The notes beneath the pieces are model-generated. The model was given only the letters and a program-made list of their open reading frames with translations. It ran no database searches and was not told where the DNA came from. A stretch of 64,000 bases of DNA from an uncultured virus (IMG/VR IMGVR_UViG_3300016474_000883) (lineage: Duplodnaviria > Heunggongvirae > Uroviricota > Caudoviricetes). This document shows positions 15,031 through 25,831 of the stretch, one piece after another. Positions within the stretch are counted from its first letter, which is position 1, and each line of letters starts with the position of its first letter. Where the stretch lies: IMG/VR virus record IMGVR_UViG_3300016474_000883. One strand, 5' to 3'. The position numbers and the translations under genes are program-made.

Positions 15031-17319
15031 TTACTTAGCCCACTTAAATGTTTCAGTACGGTCTAAATAATTTGCTTTTAAGATATACATACCACTAGGT
15101 AATTCATTGTAACGATTAATATCCAACAATGCACCTGATATGGTATAAATATCTATAGAGACAGGATAATCATCCTCTATTAAAATAGCATTTGGGTCAT
15201 CTAATAAAGGATAGTTACCAATAATTTCTTCTTGAGTAGTGCTAATTCTATTAAATACTAAATCAAGTCTATTATTAGTTAAATCAGCATCACCTGTACT
15301 TCCATTTACACTTACAACATCAAGTCTGAATGTATTTGAGCTTCCTACGGGAACAGCACATCGTGTTGGGTGACATAAATTAATACTAATGTAAGTATTG
15401 TTAGCAGGCAATAATGTTGATTGACCAGGTAATAAATTACCAGTCCAAGTAGAATTAGTGATACATCCAAATGCTGCTGAACAGTCAACCCAACGTCTAG
15501 TGTAGTTAATTTGAGTAATAGGAACAGTACCTGTATTAACTGCTCTCCATTGTGTATTTACAATTTGTAGAGATGTAGTCCAAGGATTAGCTACAGGTTG
15601 TACCAATTCAATTCTAACATCTGTACCAGTCATAGAAGGATTAGCAACATTAAATACTTTGAAAGCAGTGTTATCTGTAATAATACTTTCCTCAACTGCG
15701 TTATCATAGTTGATTGTTACAAATATATAACGTGTACCCGCTGTTCCTCCTACTGTGTAAGAAAATGATTTAGTAGCTGAGTTAATTCCGCCTCCTAAAC
15801 TTACACTATCAACACCAATAATAACATCATCAGCATCACCTAAAGTTGAATTGGTTGAGTATCTATACTGTAATTTCACAAATGTAGCAAATGTTGTTGA
15901 TACATTAAGTTCTTCAGCTACCCAAGCATTATAATTAACTAAAATAGTTTCACCTAAATTAACACTAGCAGGTGTTACAACAACACTGTTAACAGTATAA
16001 TTAGATACTAATGTTGGAGGTGGAGGTGGAGGGGTACCACCTGGATTTGGTGTAGCGATTACAGCATCTTTTAAATTAATACGACCGTATCCTAATTCAT
16101 TACTACGAGTACTTAGTGGCCAAGCAGGATCATTAGAGTAAGTATAACCACCTACTTTTTCACAAGTACTAGATAATATAGCTAAAATCTCATCATCAGT
16201 TAATTCCCAGTTTTTATAAGCGAGAACTGCTGAGGCAGCAGCTGTAATTGGGCAACTAAATGAAGTACCACTAACACTTCTATAATCACCTGGGTCATAT
16301 CCTTCAGCACCTAAACGATCTGTAGTTCTAATTTGGGCACCTGGAGCTGAGATATCACAAATTTGTCCAAAATTAGAAAATGATGCTCTAACATCTGAAC
16401 TTGTAGTAGCACCTACACCCCAAACACCATTATAATTAGCTGGGTATTGGGCCGCGGTACCTGAGTAATTGTTACCTGAGGAGGCAAATACCATCATTCC
16501 TCTTCCTCCTCTACCATTTGTTCTAGCAGATTGGAAAGCAGCTTCTAAAGCAGCTGAGTAACTACTACCACCATATGACATTGCAATAGCAACACAATTT
16601 GGATTATTCATAGCAGCATTAACAGCAGCAATTTGAATAGCTGAGTTTGTGGAGAAACTACCGCCTGCATATACTTGAGACATGATGTTCACAGGCATAA
16701 CTCTTACATAGTTATTACCTACACTACTAACACCAATACCATTATTTGTTCTAGCAGCGATTGTACCTGAACAAGCAGTACCATGTTTGTCTTCTGAGTT
16801 AACATATGGGATAGCACTTGTACCATTAACAGCATTAAACGGACTATCAACATTGCCTACAAACTCAGGCATTGTCATATCCAATCCACCATCAAACATT
16901 GCTACTGATACCCATTGGTTTTCAGTTGGGAGTAAATCCCATGCTTCATCAGCATCAATGTCTTTATCATTAGCTTGTCTTAAATGCCAACTACCAGCAA
17001 ATTCAGGATCATTTGGAATATAATCCATTTTCATTTCCTGGGTTTGGTTTCTTTCTATAATGTCAAATAAATCACTGTCAGAGCAGTTCTTATAGAAATC
17101 ATCATAATTACCAGTAAATTGTACCACAATCATTCCAAGTTGATCAAATTGAGCAACTACAGGAACATTGTAAAATTCAGTAAACGCATCTACAAGTCTA
17201 TAGGGAGTACCTTGCTTGTATCTTAAAATGACTTGGTTATCAACATTTTCAGCTAAGTTTTGAGAAAAACTTACAATTGAAAAAACTGTTAATAACAAAA
17301 CGGAAATTAATTTTTTCAT
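15031..17319 (-). CDS. secreted S8 subtilisin-like serine protease with CARDB-like Ig domains and T9SS-like C-terminal tail
   Basis: Signal peptide, prodomain, triad VAMFDGG / HGTACSG / GTSFSCP, poly-Pro linker, VEES..DN CARDB end, tail IYTISG...LPSGMYIL...TFKWAK. Confidence 0.9.
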   Translation of the reverse strand: MKKLISVLLLTVFSIVSFSQNLAENVDNQVILRYKQGTPYRLVDAFTEFYNVPVVAQFDQLGMIVVQFTGNYDDFYKNCSDSDLFDIIERNQTQEMKMDYIPNDPEFAGSWHLRQANDKDIDADEAWDLLPTENQWVSVAMFDGGLDMTMPEFVGNVDSPFNAVNGTSAIPYVNSEDKHGTACSGTIAARTNNGIGVSSVGNNYVRVMPVNIMSQVYAGGSFSTNSAIQIAAVNAAMNNPNCVAIAMSYGGSSYSAALEAAFQSARTNGRGGRGMMVFASSGNNYSGTAAQYPANYNGVWGVGATTSSDVRASFSNFGQICDISAPGAQIRTTDRLGAEGYDPGDYRSVSGTSFSCPITAAASAVLAYKNWELTDDEILAILSSTCEKVGGYTYSNDPAWPLSTRSNELGYGRINLKDAVIATPNPGGTPPPPPPTLVSNYTVNSVVVTPASVNLGETILVNYNAWVAEELNVSTTFATFVKLQYRYSTNSTLGDADDVIIGVDSVSLGGGINSATKSFSYTVGGTAGTRYIFVTINYDNAVEESIITDNTAFKVFNVANPSMTGTDVRIELVQPVANPWTTSLQIVNTQWRAVNTGTVPITQINYTRRWVDCSAAFGCITNSTWTGNLLPGQSTLLPANNTYISINLCHPTRCAVPVGSSNTFRLDVVSVNGSTGDADLTNNRLDLVFNRISTTQEEIIGNYPLLDDPNAILIEDDYPVSIDIYTISGALLDINRYNELPSGMYILKANYLDRTETFKWAK

Positions 17320-17406
17320 ATTTTATTATTTTATTGTGGTAATAAATATTCAAATGTATGTTTTAGCTATGAACATAGTAGTGTTCATAACCACAAGTGA
17401 GATGAA

Positions 17407-17715
17407 TTACACTTCTTTAGCGATTGGCTTATTAGCCTCTAAAAACTCCCATAATGATTCAAAACTGTAGCAGATTGGGTTTTTATCAGCATCCCATGCC
17501 TCTAATCCTTTTTGTCCAAAATCATTTTCATAACAAAACCAAGACCACCAATCTAAACCTTCCTTACCATATACTTCTTCAAGTAAAGTAGAAATAACAT
17601 GATGGTATGGATCTACAAATTCAAGTAAGTCAACATTGTTTTTATACAAGTTGTCCATAACTCGGTCTTGTTTTTGTAACTGTAGAGTTATTTTTAAAAA
17701 ATTTTCGTATGTCAT
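17407..17715 (-). CDS. conserved phage hypothetical protein
   Basis: DWWSWFCYENDFG motif. Confidence 0.7.
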   Translation of the reverse strand: MTYENFLKITLQLQKQDRVMDNLYKNNVDLLEFVDPYHHVISTLLEEVYGKEGLDWWSWFCYENDFGQKGLEAWDADKNPICYSFESLWEFLEANKPIAKEV

Positions 17716-17890
17716 AACTTATTAGGTGTGATTAAAGATAATAATCTTTTTGATATGGTAATGTGGTTTGTTTACTTTTCCAATAAAATCTTGAATAGTT
17801 TCTATAAAATTCAATCCCACATATTGTATATAGATTAAACTCAATTATTCTATACCAACTAACTTTTATATATTCTTTTAATCTCATATT

Positions 17891-19051
17891 TTAATTTGAT
17901 AGTGGTGCTTTAATGGTTGGATGTGATTGATAACCTTCAATTTGAAAGTCATTCATTTCTAAACCTTCAATTATTGATCCATAATCATCACCTAAAATAT
18001 TTTCCGGGTTCCAGAATTCAGTATTAATTCTTAAATTAGGGAGACTATATGGTTTTCTACTTATTTGTTGAATAGCTTGCATTGTATGATTTTTATACAA
18101 ATGTACATCACCTAAATTACCAATCAATTCATCTGGTATCATATTAGTCATTTCAGCTAAAATACAAAGTAGTAATCCATAACTAGCAATGTTGAATGGT
18201 AAACCTAAGAATGTATCTACTGAACGTTGATTCCACATTAAAGAGATTGCTCTAGTTGGGATGTTTCTTTTATCACACCATTTCCAATAATCTTCTTCTG
18301 ATAAGTGAGAAGTTTTAGTTGTTAACCCTTTTTCAATCGCAATATCAATTCGTTCTATTAATCTCAACTCTCTTGTATAAACTTGAAATCCATAATGACA
18401 AGGTGGAAGCACCATTTGGTCTAATTCACCTACATTCCAAGCTGAAACCATTAGTCGTCTTGAGTCTGGGTTTGTTTTGAGTTCGGAGATTAGGTTTGCG
18501 ATTTGATCAGTACCGCCTTTATTTTCTTCACCAGGGACATTTGACCAGTTTCTCCATTGTGCTCCATAAATTGGACCTAATTCACCCCACTTCTTACTAA
18601 AGTCATTAGTAAATCTTATTTTATCAATAAATTCTTCTTTTGTGAAAAGTCTATAATTTATATTTTTCTCATCATTAGATTCTTCCACTATTAAACCTTC
18701 TTCCCATAATTCATTTATGGCTCCACTTTCCCACTCTTCTTTTACATATTGACAATAGTTCTTATAAGCGTCACCATCCCAAATATTACAATCCACATCC
18801 GCATGGGGAGTATGTAAGTATTGAATATTAGTTTGCCCTTTTAAAAACCATAACAACTCAATTACAATTTGTTTCCAAGCCATTTTTTTAGTTGTGAGTA
18901 ATGGAAATCCATTACTCATATTATGGCGGATTTGTCTTCCAAAAACAGAAATTGTAGTTCCGTTACGGGTTTCTTTTTCAACACCATTACTCATGATATC
19001 ATGAAGTAATGATTGGTAATCAAAATCTAAATTGTTCTTTTTCAAGTCCAT
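17891..19051 (-). CDS. thyA: thymidylate synthase
   Basis: PLLTTKK, ELLWFL, LPPCH, QRSVDTFLGLPFN, DVHLY. Confidence 0.97.
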   Translation of the reverse strand: MDLKKNNLDFDYQSLLHDIMSNGVEKETRNGTTISVFGRQIRHNMSNGFPLLTTKKMAWKQIVIELLWFLKGQTNIQYLHTPHADVDCNIWDGDAYKNYCQYVKEEWESGAINELWEEGLIVEESNDEKNINYRLFTKEEFIDKIRFTNDFSKKWGELGPIYGAQWRNWSNVPGEENKGGTDQIANLISELKTNPDSRRLMVSAWNVGELDQMVLPPCHYGFQVYTRELRLIERIDIAIEKGLTTKTSHLSEEDYWKWCDKRNIPTRAISLMWNQRSVDTFLGLPFNIASYGLLLCILAEMTNMIPDELIGNLGDVHLYKNHTMQAIQQISRKPYSLPNLRINTEFWNPENILGDDYGSIIEGLEMNDFQIEGYQSHPTIKAPLSN

Positions 19052-19409
19052 TTAATAAACTTTTTAATCTATTAATTTCAGTAATCACATCATCACCAAG
19101 TTCAATCTTAGACATCATTGTTAAGTCTATAACTTGAGAGTAAAGTAATTCAATTAGTTGTTTTTGAACAGAAATTATTTCATATTCATTTGTATGCTCA
19201 TACGCACCATTAGGCCCAATTTGAAAATCATCTGAAATGAATGGTACATACAGTTCCCAGAAATCTATAGGTAGATTATTAATATCTCCCCATTGTTTAA
19301 ACCAGTCCTCATAGGTTAGATATTGTCCTGGGTTTTCTGTTAGCCATTGTCTATATTGTGATTCTAGAAGCATATTATTGTTCGTCTTCAATTTGTTTTT
19401 CAGGTACAC
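19020..19409 (-). CDS. hypothetical protein
   Basis: SDDFQIGP.GAYE motif; start probably internal (MLLESQY). Confidence 0.6.
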   Translation of the reverse strand: MYLKNKLKTNNNMLLESQYRQWLTENPGQYLTYEDWFKQWGDINNLPIDFWELYVPFISDDFQIGPNGAYEHTNEYEIISVQKQLIELLYSQVIDLTMMSKIELGDDVITEINRLKSLLNGLEKEQFRF

Positions 19410-19551
19410 TTGTTACTTGAGGATTATCATTCGGTTCATCACCAGTTGGGGTAGCTGCAGGTGTAGACATTTGTCTTTTTAATGTTTGGTATTTGTTATA
19501 ATAATACCAACAAAGAGCAGCTAATGCTAAAATTAAAATTGTTTTCATAAT

Positions 19552-20097
19552 TTACATTTTATATCGTTTTGGTTCTTGTTTATTATCTTCTAATTTCACT
19601 TCACTATATCTACTTTCTAATACTAAAAATACTTCAACTACTAATACTCCCATTCCTATAGGAACCCAAGCACCTGTTATAAATGCTCCTACTGCTCCAC
19701 CTACAAAAATTGTTTGCCCAATAAATGCTTTAATCCAGGAGCGTTTTCTATAATGTTCTTTTAACATTAATTTGATAGCTCGTTTTTCTTTATGTCGAGC
19801 TATTTCAAGTGTATCTAATTGCCTATCAATTATAACATAAAGCATTTGATTTGCTTTTTTAACACTATCTAACTCAACTTTAGTCTCAACTAAGTATTGC
19901 ATACAAGTATATGAAAATTGAGATGCAGAATCAAGCCTAGCTTTATAAACTTCTTTAAGAATATCTTCAGGTGTTTTCTTTTCAGTTATAACATCCTGAA
20001 TAGTAGGTTTTTTGGTACTTTTAGGGCGTCGTGATTGGCTATAACCTGTTATACAACATGACAGTATTAGTATTATGAGCGTAATTTTTTTAGCCAT
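19552..20097 (-). CDS. exported coiled-coil membrane protein
   Basis: Signal peptide, coiled coil and C-terminal TM segments. Confidence 0.6.
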   Translation of the reverse strand: MAKKITLIILILSCCITGYSQSRRPKSTKKPTIQDVITEKKTPEDILKEVYKARLDSASQFSYTCMQYLVETKVELDSVKKANQMLYVIIDRQLDTLEIARHKEKRAIKLMLKEHYRKRSWIKAFIGQTIFVGGAVGAFITGAWVPIGMGVLVVEVFLVLESRYSEVKLEDNKQEPKRYKM

Positions 20098-20453
20098 TTT
20101 TTATTTAATTTAAGCTCTTGGGTTTCATCATAATACTCATTTAACCATACTGTCACTAAACGAACAGCATCTTCATGTTTCATCCAACCCGCTTGAAACA
20201 TACCATCACCATATGTTAATTCTCTTTCAAATAAATACTTAGTTGGAGATTCAATTAATCCAGTATAATCATCTTCTGATTTGCAGATTACAAATCGAAT
20301 ATGGTTACCTCGGGCTCTAAAATAATACCAATTACCATCTTTAGTATAGCCTTCAGCTTGTACAGGACAAGCACCTTCAGGCCAAACACCATATGGGTTA
20401 AAGTTAGTTTTCTTTTCCCACCATAGTGTTAATTTCTTTTTTAGTCCCACCAT
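20073..20453 (-). CDS. conserved phage hypothetical protein
   Basis: GACPVQAEG..YYFRARG motif. Confidence 0.65.
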   Translation of the reverse strand: MVGLKKKLTLWWEKKTNFNPYGVWPEGACPVQAEGYTKDGNWYYFRARGNHIRFVICKSEDDYTGLIESPTKYLFERELTYGDGMFQAGWMKHEDAVRLVTVWLNEYYDETQELKLNKKWLKKLRS

Positions 20454-20965
20454 TTGTCTATATTTTTAGCTATAAATTTATATGCTTCTTTTTTATCCTT
20501 TAAATACTGTTTACGAGCCTCTTTAAGCGTTTTTTTAAACTCTTTACTATATTGTTCTTTTTCTTCTTCAGTATTTACTTTTTCAGTTTTTGATTTCATC
20601 TCATAAGTGAGAACATTACCATTCTTATCATGCTCATAAGGTTCAAAACTAAAGGCTGTCAGACCCCATTTTTGTTGTAATTGTTCCATAGCTGGGTCTT
20701 CATAGAACTCCCATGAGTCTTTGGTTTGGTGGAGGCGGGTGATAGCTTCTTGGATTTCTTCAGCTACATTATCTGCTTCAGCACTATATGCTTTATCTGA
20801 TAGGTAGAAGTCCCGAGTGAATTCAAGTTTCCTGATTAGGATTTCAGTGATGTAGCTGTCATCATAGTCTCTATCTTTCCAAATGGTTGGTAGCCATCTT
20901 AGTACATTTCGAACACGTCTATAAAAATCCCTAAATGGGTAAGTGAAAGTATTAATTAGGCTCAT
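20441..20965 (-). CDS. conserved phage hypothetical protein
   Basis: IW.DRD.D motif and WWD C-terminus. Confidence 0.7.
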   Translation of the reverse strand: MSLINTFTYPFRDFYRRVRNVLRWLPTIWKDRDYDDSYITEILIRKLEFTRDFYLSDKAYSAEADNVAEEIQEAITRLHQTKDSWEFYEDPAMEQLQQKWGLTAFSFEPYEHDKNGNVLTYEMKSKTEKVNTEEEKEQYSKEFKKTLKEARKQYLKDKKEAYKFIAKNIDKWWD

Positions 20966-21201
20966 CGGATTAATTTATCAACATCAATATTATGTTCGTA
21001 TAGTAGTTCTTTTAGATGGTCATAAACAGCATCTACACCTTTATGGTAACTATCATCTTCATCATAACCATTGGTTAAACCACGGTATGAGTTAGTCATT
21101 ATCTCCCATAATACAAGAGCCATGTCTGTTGATTTAACACAACGTTCATGAGCCATACAATCATCAGGATCATCTAGATCAAATGTTAATTTTGCTTTCA
21201 T
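20962..21201 (-). CDS. hypothetical protein
   Basis: MKAKLTFDL family. Confidence 0.65.
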   Translation of the reverse strand: MKAKLTFDLDDPDDCMAHERCVKSTDMALVLWEIMTNSYRGLTNGYDEDDSYHKGVDAVYDHLKELLYEHNIDVDKLIR

Positions 21202-21740
21202 ATAACTTCATTTATTATATTATAACTAAGAGCTTCATCAGAGCCAAAATACCAGTCAGTTTTTTTATTCTTGACTTTATTTAATTGTTTTTGGGTAAGT
21301 GAAGTATTGGATGTGATGAATTCATCATACATTGCCATTAATCGATCTGTTTCTTCTAAGTTTTCTTTTAGAATAGACATTTTATCATAAGGCATACTAT
21401 CTAAACATTCATGATACATAAATGTAGCTAATGAATGACCAAAACGTTTATCACCAGCAACTAAAATAGGTAAAGCCATTGACATTATTGAACCGTAACC
21501 ATATGTGTGAATAGGTACATATGAGTTTTCTATAACACCAATTAAGGCAAAACCATCAAGTATATTACCACCTACACTATTAATGATTAGTTTTATAGGT
21601 TCAACTGTATCTTTACCACCATCAATTTCATTTATAAATGAGATAGTCTGAATAGCATCTTTTACAGATGATTCATCAATGTCACCACTTAGAATAATTG
21701 TTCTAAATATCTTGTTGTTCGGGTTGTAACTGTTCTTCAT
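21198..21740 (-). CDS. clpP: ClpP-like protease
   Basis: INSVGG, MSMA (Ser), FMYH (His), DWYF (Asp). Confidence 0.85.
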   Translation of the reverse strand: MKNSYNPNNKIFRTIILSGDIDESSVKDAIQTISFINEIDGGKDTVEPIKLIINSVGGNILDGFALIGVIENSYVPIHTYGYGSIMSMALPILVAGDKRFGHSLATFMYHECLDSMPYDKMSILKENLEETDRLMAMYDEFITSNTSLTQKQLNKVKNKKTDWYFGSDEALSYNIINEVI

Positions 21741-21963
21741 CTGTAACTACTATTTTGTTTATAACTTCATTCCATTCAGGTTCAGGTACTGTCTCACAGA
21801 ATAAAAATCTATTATCTGTTTTTAGTATATGATCAGCCCCTAAGTATTCTTTCCAACCGTTAAGATATTCTCTATTTAGTTCTTCTTTATTATAAAAATT
21901 ACTAACAGGAATAGTCCTTAATACTACATAAACATTATCATTATAAAAATATAACTGTTTCAT
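21703..21963 (-). CDS. hypothetical protein
   Basis: 86-aa ORF. Confidence 0.6.
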   Translation of the reverse strand: MKQLYFYNDNVYVVLRTIPVSNFYNKEELNREYLNGWKEYLGADHILKTDNRFLFCETVPEPEWNEVINKIVVTDEEQLQPEQQDI

Positions 21964-22112
21964 TCACCTGTAAACCTATATTTTTCTCTTTTATAAGCCT
22001 TACCTGATGGTTTGACTTTTTGAATCATCTTTCTTCTGATAATCTGAGCAACGTGTCGCTCAGATAATCCATTATATGTGTTATTCTTTTCCATGTGTTT
22101 TTAATTATATTA

Positions 22113-22145
22113 TAAATATAACATCAAAACTCTGGAGAGCCAAAC
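22113..22145 (-). promoter_or_regulatory. Bacteroidota-type early promoter
   Basis: Copy of the 33-bp element. Confidence 0.75.
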
Positions 22146-22799
22146 TTACTTTAACATGTAACTAGTTTTTAGTTTAAAATTAGCATATTCAAAATGATCA
22201 ATTCTTTGTTTGTGAGGATTTTTCTTTTCATTTTCAATAACTAATTCTATTAATTGATCATAATCTCCTCTTTGATAGGCATAATAGCAGATATCTTCAA
22301 TACGTTCTTCGTTACTCATAGTTTAAGATAGAGTTTTTTTTATGGTTAAACAGTATATTTAAGTATTTTAAATAATGCCTAAGTACTTCCACTTTTAATT
22401 TGCCTCTCCAATAATTAACAAAATAACTAATCATTTTCTTAGCAGCATATATATGCTCCTCAGTTTCACAAGAATTAATTACTCTTATTACTTTATGAAA
22501 ATGATATGTTAATAATTGCTCAGCCATGGGTACCATATAAATACATTATACCCATCAATTTAAACAAATTCTATATACATTATTTAAATCCTCTTCTCTA
22601 ATAACTTCTAGTTCATAAAGTGTATCTTCTAAACTTTGAATATACCCCTTTATATAGGCCACTTCCTTCTCAGTGTATTCTCTAGAGGGTTCTATTAGTT
22701 CCATTTTATTTTCATAAATGGAAGATTTCAAAACATATTCCAATGTTGTGTAGGTTGAATCCATTGTTACCATGTTCTTTATTTATAAATATTTTATTT

Positions 22800-23096
22800 T
22801 TATCCCCCAAACGGGCGTGGTTTAACTTCAGGAGGTACATCATAAGGATAAACATATCCCTTTTTGTTCATGTCTTTTAATTTAAGATTAGTTTCATATA
22901 AAAAAACAGGTCCATTATAATCTTCATAATATGACTCATTTTGTTTATTGAATTTCATAATACGCCTTGGGCCATTAAAACTCCTAAAATTACGGCATGT
23001 GACCCGATTCCATTCACCCCCACTAAACACTTCAGTGCTTAATTGAGTAGGGAAGTCATAAAATAATTTTATAGTATTACCTGTTTTTTCTGCCAT
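22800..23096 (-). CDS. conserved phage hypothetical protein
   Basis: RVTCR.FRSFNGPRRI motif. Confidence 0.65.
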   Translation of the reverse strand: MAEKTGNTIKLFYDFPTQLSTEVFSGGEWNRVTCRNFRSFNGPRRIMKFNKQNESYYEDYNGPVFLYETNLKLKDMNKKGYVYPYDVPPEVKPRPFGG

Positions 23097-23097
23097 G

Positions 23098-23436
23098 TTA
23101 TTTCATAAATAATTGAACACATAATATACAAACACTTAAAAACAAACAAATGCCTGTTTTTATACTAATTGGTTCGTTAAACCAACTTATAGACATAAAT
23201 GTAAAAATAATAGTCCCAATAGCAAAACCTATTAGTCTAGAAGGCCATAGTTGTCCTCCAAAATGTTCAACCATGCATTGAACAGAATACATGAACAAAT
23301 AGGAAATAGGAATCCCTAACCAAACAACTAGATGTGGATTATCTTTCATCCATTGGAATTTCCACCTACCTTGTAACTGGAGGAATGTTAACAATTGAGC
23401 TAATACTCCAACTCCTATCCCTATTAATAATTTCAT
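23098..23436 (-). CDS. SMR/DMT-like 4-TM membrane protein
   Basis: 112 aa, four TM segments, F.EP....G motif. Confidence 0.6.
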   Translation of the reverse strand: MKLLIGIGVGVLAQLLTFLQLQGRWKFQWMKDNPHLVVWLGIPISYLFMYSVQCMVEHFGGQLWPSRLIGFAIGTIIFTFMSISWFNEPISIKTGICLFLSVCILCVQLFMK

Positions 23437-23875
23437 ATAAATTCTTTTTCTAATTTACATCCAGCTATACGCTGTAGTGTTCTAAATTGTTGATCATAAT
23501 GGAGTGGTTTAGCATCATCATACTCATCTGAGAATAGAGCTACTCTGCCTCCATCTTGCAAACCCACCCATACTTGTAAATGTTCATTATATACAATGTA
23601 TGGTTTTCTGTCTGGGTCTTCATTCACTAGTTTTTTCTTAGATATACTGATCATAGGCTGGTACTGCGTCTAAGTCTTCTAGTTTAACCCATACTCGTGT
23701 TTTCCAAAGATCAACACTTACACCATCTAGTTCTTCAACATTGTCTTCAGTTGCCAATGTTAGAATCAGCAGGCATTCATCTAGTGTTTCAATTGCTTCA
23801 TTGAATTGATTTGAGCGAATTTGTTGGAGTGCTCGTTTCCATGTGTTTGTGATTTTTCCTACTTTTTTCATAACC

Positions 23876-24205
23876 TTAATTTATTATTTGTTTAATGTGT
23901 TTACAAATACGATCTTTACTTCTCCAATAACCAGGACAATTACATTGGTATTTATCACCTACTTTTTTAATTTGATATTTACCTTCACCTGAACTAGAAG
24001 CTACTTCAATAATGTTTGATTGGGGTTTGATAACTTCCATATCACCCCTTTCCCAAATAATATCATCTAAAGTAGTATCTAATGGTACATTAACCCACCA
24101 AGGTATAATAGCTTTCTTAGTGACTAAGTCAACTATCATAGGTGGTGTAAATCCACCTTTAACATAATGTTTACCATCCTTAAATTCATACTCACGTTCA
24201 ATCAT
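23876..24205 (-). CDS. SWIM zinc-finger protein
   Basis: CNCPG...CKHI. Confidence 0.8.
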   Translation of the reverse strand: MIEREYEFKDGKHYVKGGFTPPMIVDLVTKKAIIPWWVNVPLDTTLDDIIWERGDMEVIKPQSNIIEVASSSGEGKYQIKKVGDKYQCNCPGYWRSKDRICKHIKQIIN

Positions 24206-24221
24206 AACCTTTAATTATATC

Positions 24222-24254
24222 TAAATATAACATCAAAGATTTAGAAAGCCAAAC
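24222..24254 (-). promoter_or_regulatory. Bacteroidota-type early promoter
   Basis: Copy of the 33-bp element. Confidence 0.75.
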
Positions 24255-24573
24255 AAAAGGGTTAATTTCTTAACCTCTCTTGTCTAGCTATCTCTATATC
24301 CAATGTTAGAAGTGTACATAACTCTTCTAACTTATCCCAATTATACTCAGCCATTAAAACTAAATACTTATCAGGAATCTCATCAAAATACACTAAAACA
24401 CTACTGTCCATTGTATTTTAAAGCTGGATGGTATTTTTCTACCTTCTGTTTTGGTTGATTAGATTGTTGTTGGCGTTGATTCTTTTTACGAATCGATTCC
24501 ATAACCTGGGCGAATGCTTTAGCGCATTCATAATTCTGAATAGCTGAATTTTTACTCATAACTTTGTTTAAAT

Positions 24574-24711
24574 TTATTTACCTTGACCTTTATAAGGTTT
24601 TTTATAATTTTTGCTTCTTTTAATTTTGCTAGCTCTTTTTTTAGAGTGAACACCAGGACGTTTACGTCTTGGCTTTCGATTTAGAGTTTGTGTCTGTGTT
24701 TTTGCTGCCAT
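24574..24711 (-). CDS. 45-aa highly basic protein ending YKGQGK
   Basis: Manual translation MAAKTQTQTLNRKPRRKRPGVHSKKRASKIKRSKNYKKPYKGQGK. Confidence 0.7.
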   Translation of the reverse strand: MAAKTQTQTLNRKPRRKRPGVHSKKRASKIKRSKNYKKPYKGQGK

Positions 24712-25015
24712 TGTCTTCTTTTTCTTTTAATTTATTTATAGCTTCTACTATTTGAGAACATTCCTCATAGAGTTCCTTCTCAACATAGTATTTTAAGTTT
24801 TCCTGTAACGTCTCAGCGAAATATTTTTTCTCTAAGGTTATATCATAAGTCGCTCCATCTTCTAAACAGTTAACTGATAATACATGAAGGTATTTTTTGC
24901 GAGTGTTTAGGTTCGCTAATATAGTTTCAACTACAGCTTTAGATATGGTGAAGTCTTTTTTATCAATCATATCTTGAAACTCGTCACTATTATTTAATGT
25001 AATTTCAATAGCCAT
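24662..25015 (-). CDS. hypothetical protein (UVR-like E.YE.C..I end)
   Basis: ELYEECSQI motif. Confidence 0.6.
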   Translation of the reverse strand: MAIEITLNNSDEFQDMIDKKDFTISKAVVETILANLNTRKKYLHVLSVNCLEDGATYDITLEKKYFAETLQENLKYYVEKELYEECSQIVEAINKLKEKEDNGSKNTDTNSKSKAKT

Positions 25016-25186
25016 ATCAAAATAAGTCTAAAAAGTTAGGGTTAATATCTTTACCTTTAAGTTTATTCATCTTTTCATCATTAGCTAACATTTTACTAGC
25101 TAGATTATCAAGATGTTTAGACTTAATTTTGTCGTAATCATTGATAATATCATTATGTTTTTTCTTCTTCATCTACTAATAAATAT

Positions 25187-25831
25187 TTAAAGTCTACTAA
25201 TAAACTCACTTCCATCATCGGTTGGTGGATGAGATTTGTCCAAACCTAATTCTCTTAATCGTTGGAGAGTATAATCATCTAATTCCCAATCCACTTCACT
25301 TTGATTCATTGGTTTATGATCTTCTAATCCCTCAAGTTGTTTATCTGTATATAAGTCCCCTACAGTTAGATAATAACAATTGTAACATAACATCTCCATA
25401 TTGTTTAAAGAGTAATGTTGTTTATTTCCATTCTTAAAGTGGAGAATAAGTGGGATTTTATAATCAGACACTCGACGTTCATGGAATCCGCAATTATAAC
25501 ATTCTTCCTTTAAAAAACCCTCAGTTATCATTCTATACTTTATCTTTTGAGGGTTGAAGTGAGCTGGATTAACTCTACCTTCAAGTATATCTAATAACGC
25601 TGGGTCTTTTTTATTGTAATGAGAGGCTGATAAGAATTTAGGGATACCTTTACCTGATTGGTTTTTATGGGCTTCAAATAAAGTAATGTCGTTTTCATCC
25701 TTATACACCTTCATCCACTTTTTAAGATGTTGGTATGATATATTCAAATAACGAGCCGCAGCACGGACAGATTTTGTCTTGTCCATTGCTGCTAAAATTT
25801 GCTCTTTACTTAAATGTATTGCTTTAGGCAT
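25187..25831 (-). CDS. HTH plus HNH-like Zn-binding protein
   Basis: SVRAAARYLNISY HTH; CYNC...LHFKNGN...NNMEMLCYNC. Confidence 0.7.
   Translation of the reverse strand: MPKAIHLSKEQILAAMDKTKSVRAAARYLNISYQHLKKWMKVYKDENDITLFEAHKNQSGKGIPKFLSASHYNKKDPALLDILEGRVNPAHFNPQKIKYRMITEGFLKEECYNCGFHERRVSDYKIPLILHFKNGNKQHYSLNNMEMLCYNCYYLTVGDLYTDKQLEGLEDHKPMNQSEVDWELDDYTLQRLRELGLDKSHPPTDDGSEFISRL

Noticed and set aside
17891..19051. Intein or intron in the long thyA
   Set aside because: The extra length is in-frame insertions without C/S...HN intein ends or endonuclease motifs.
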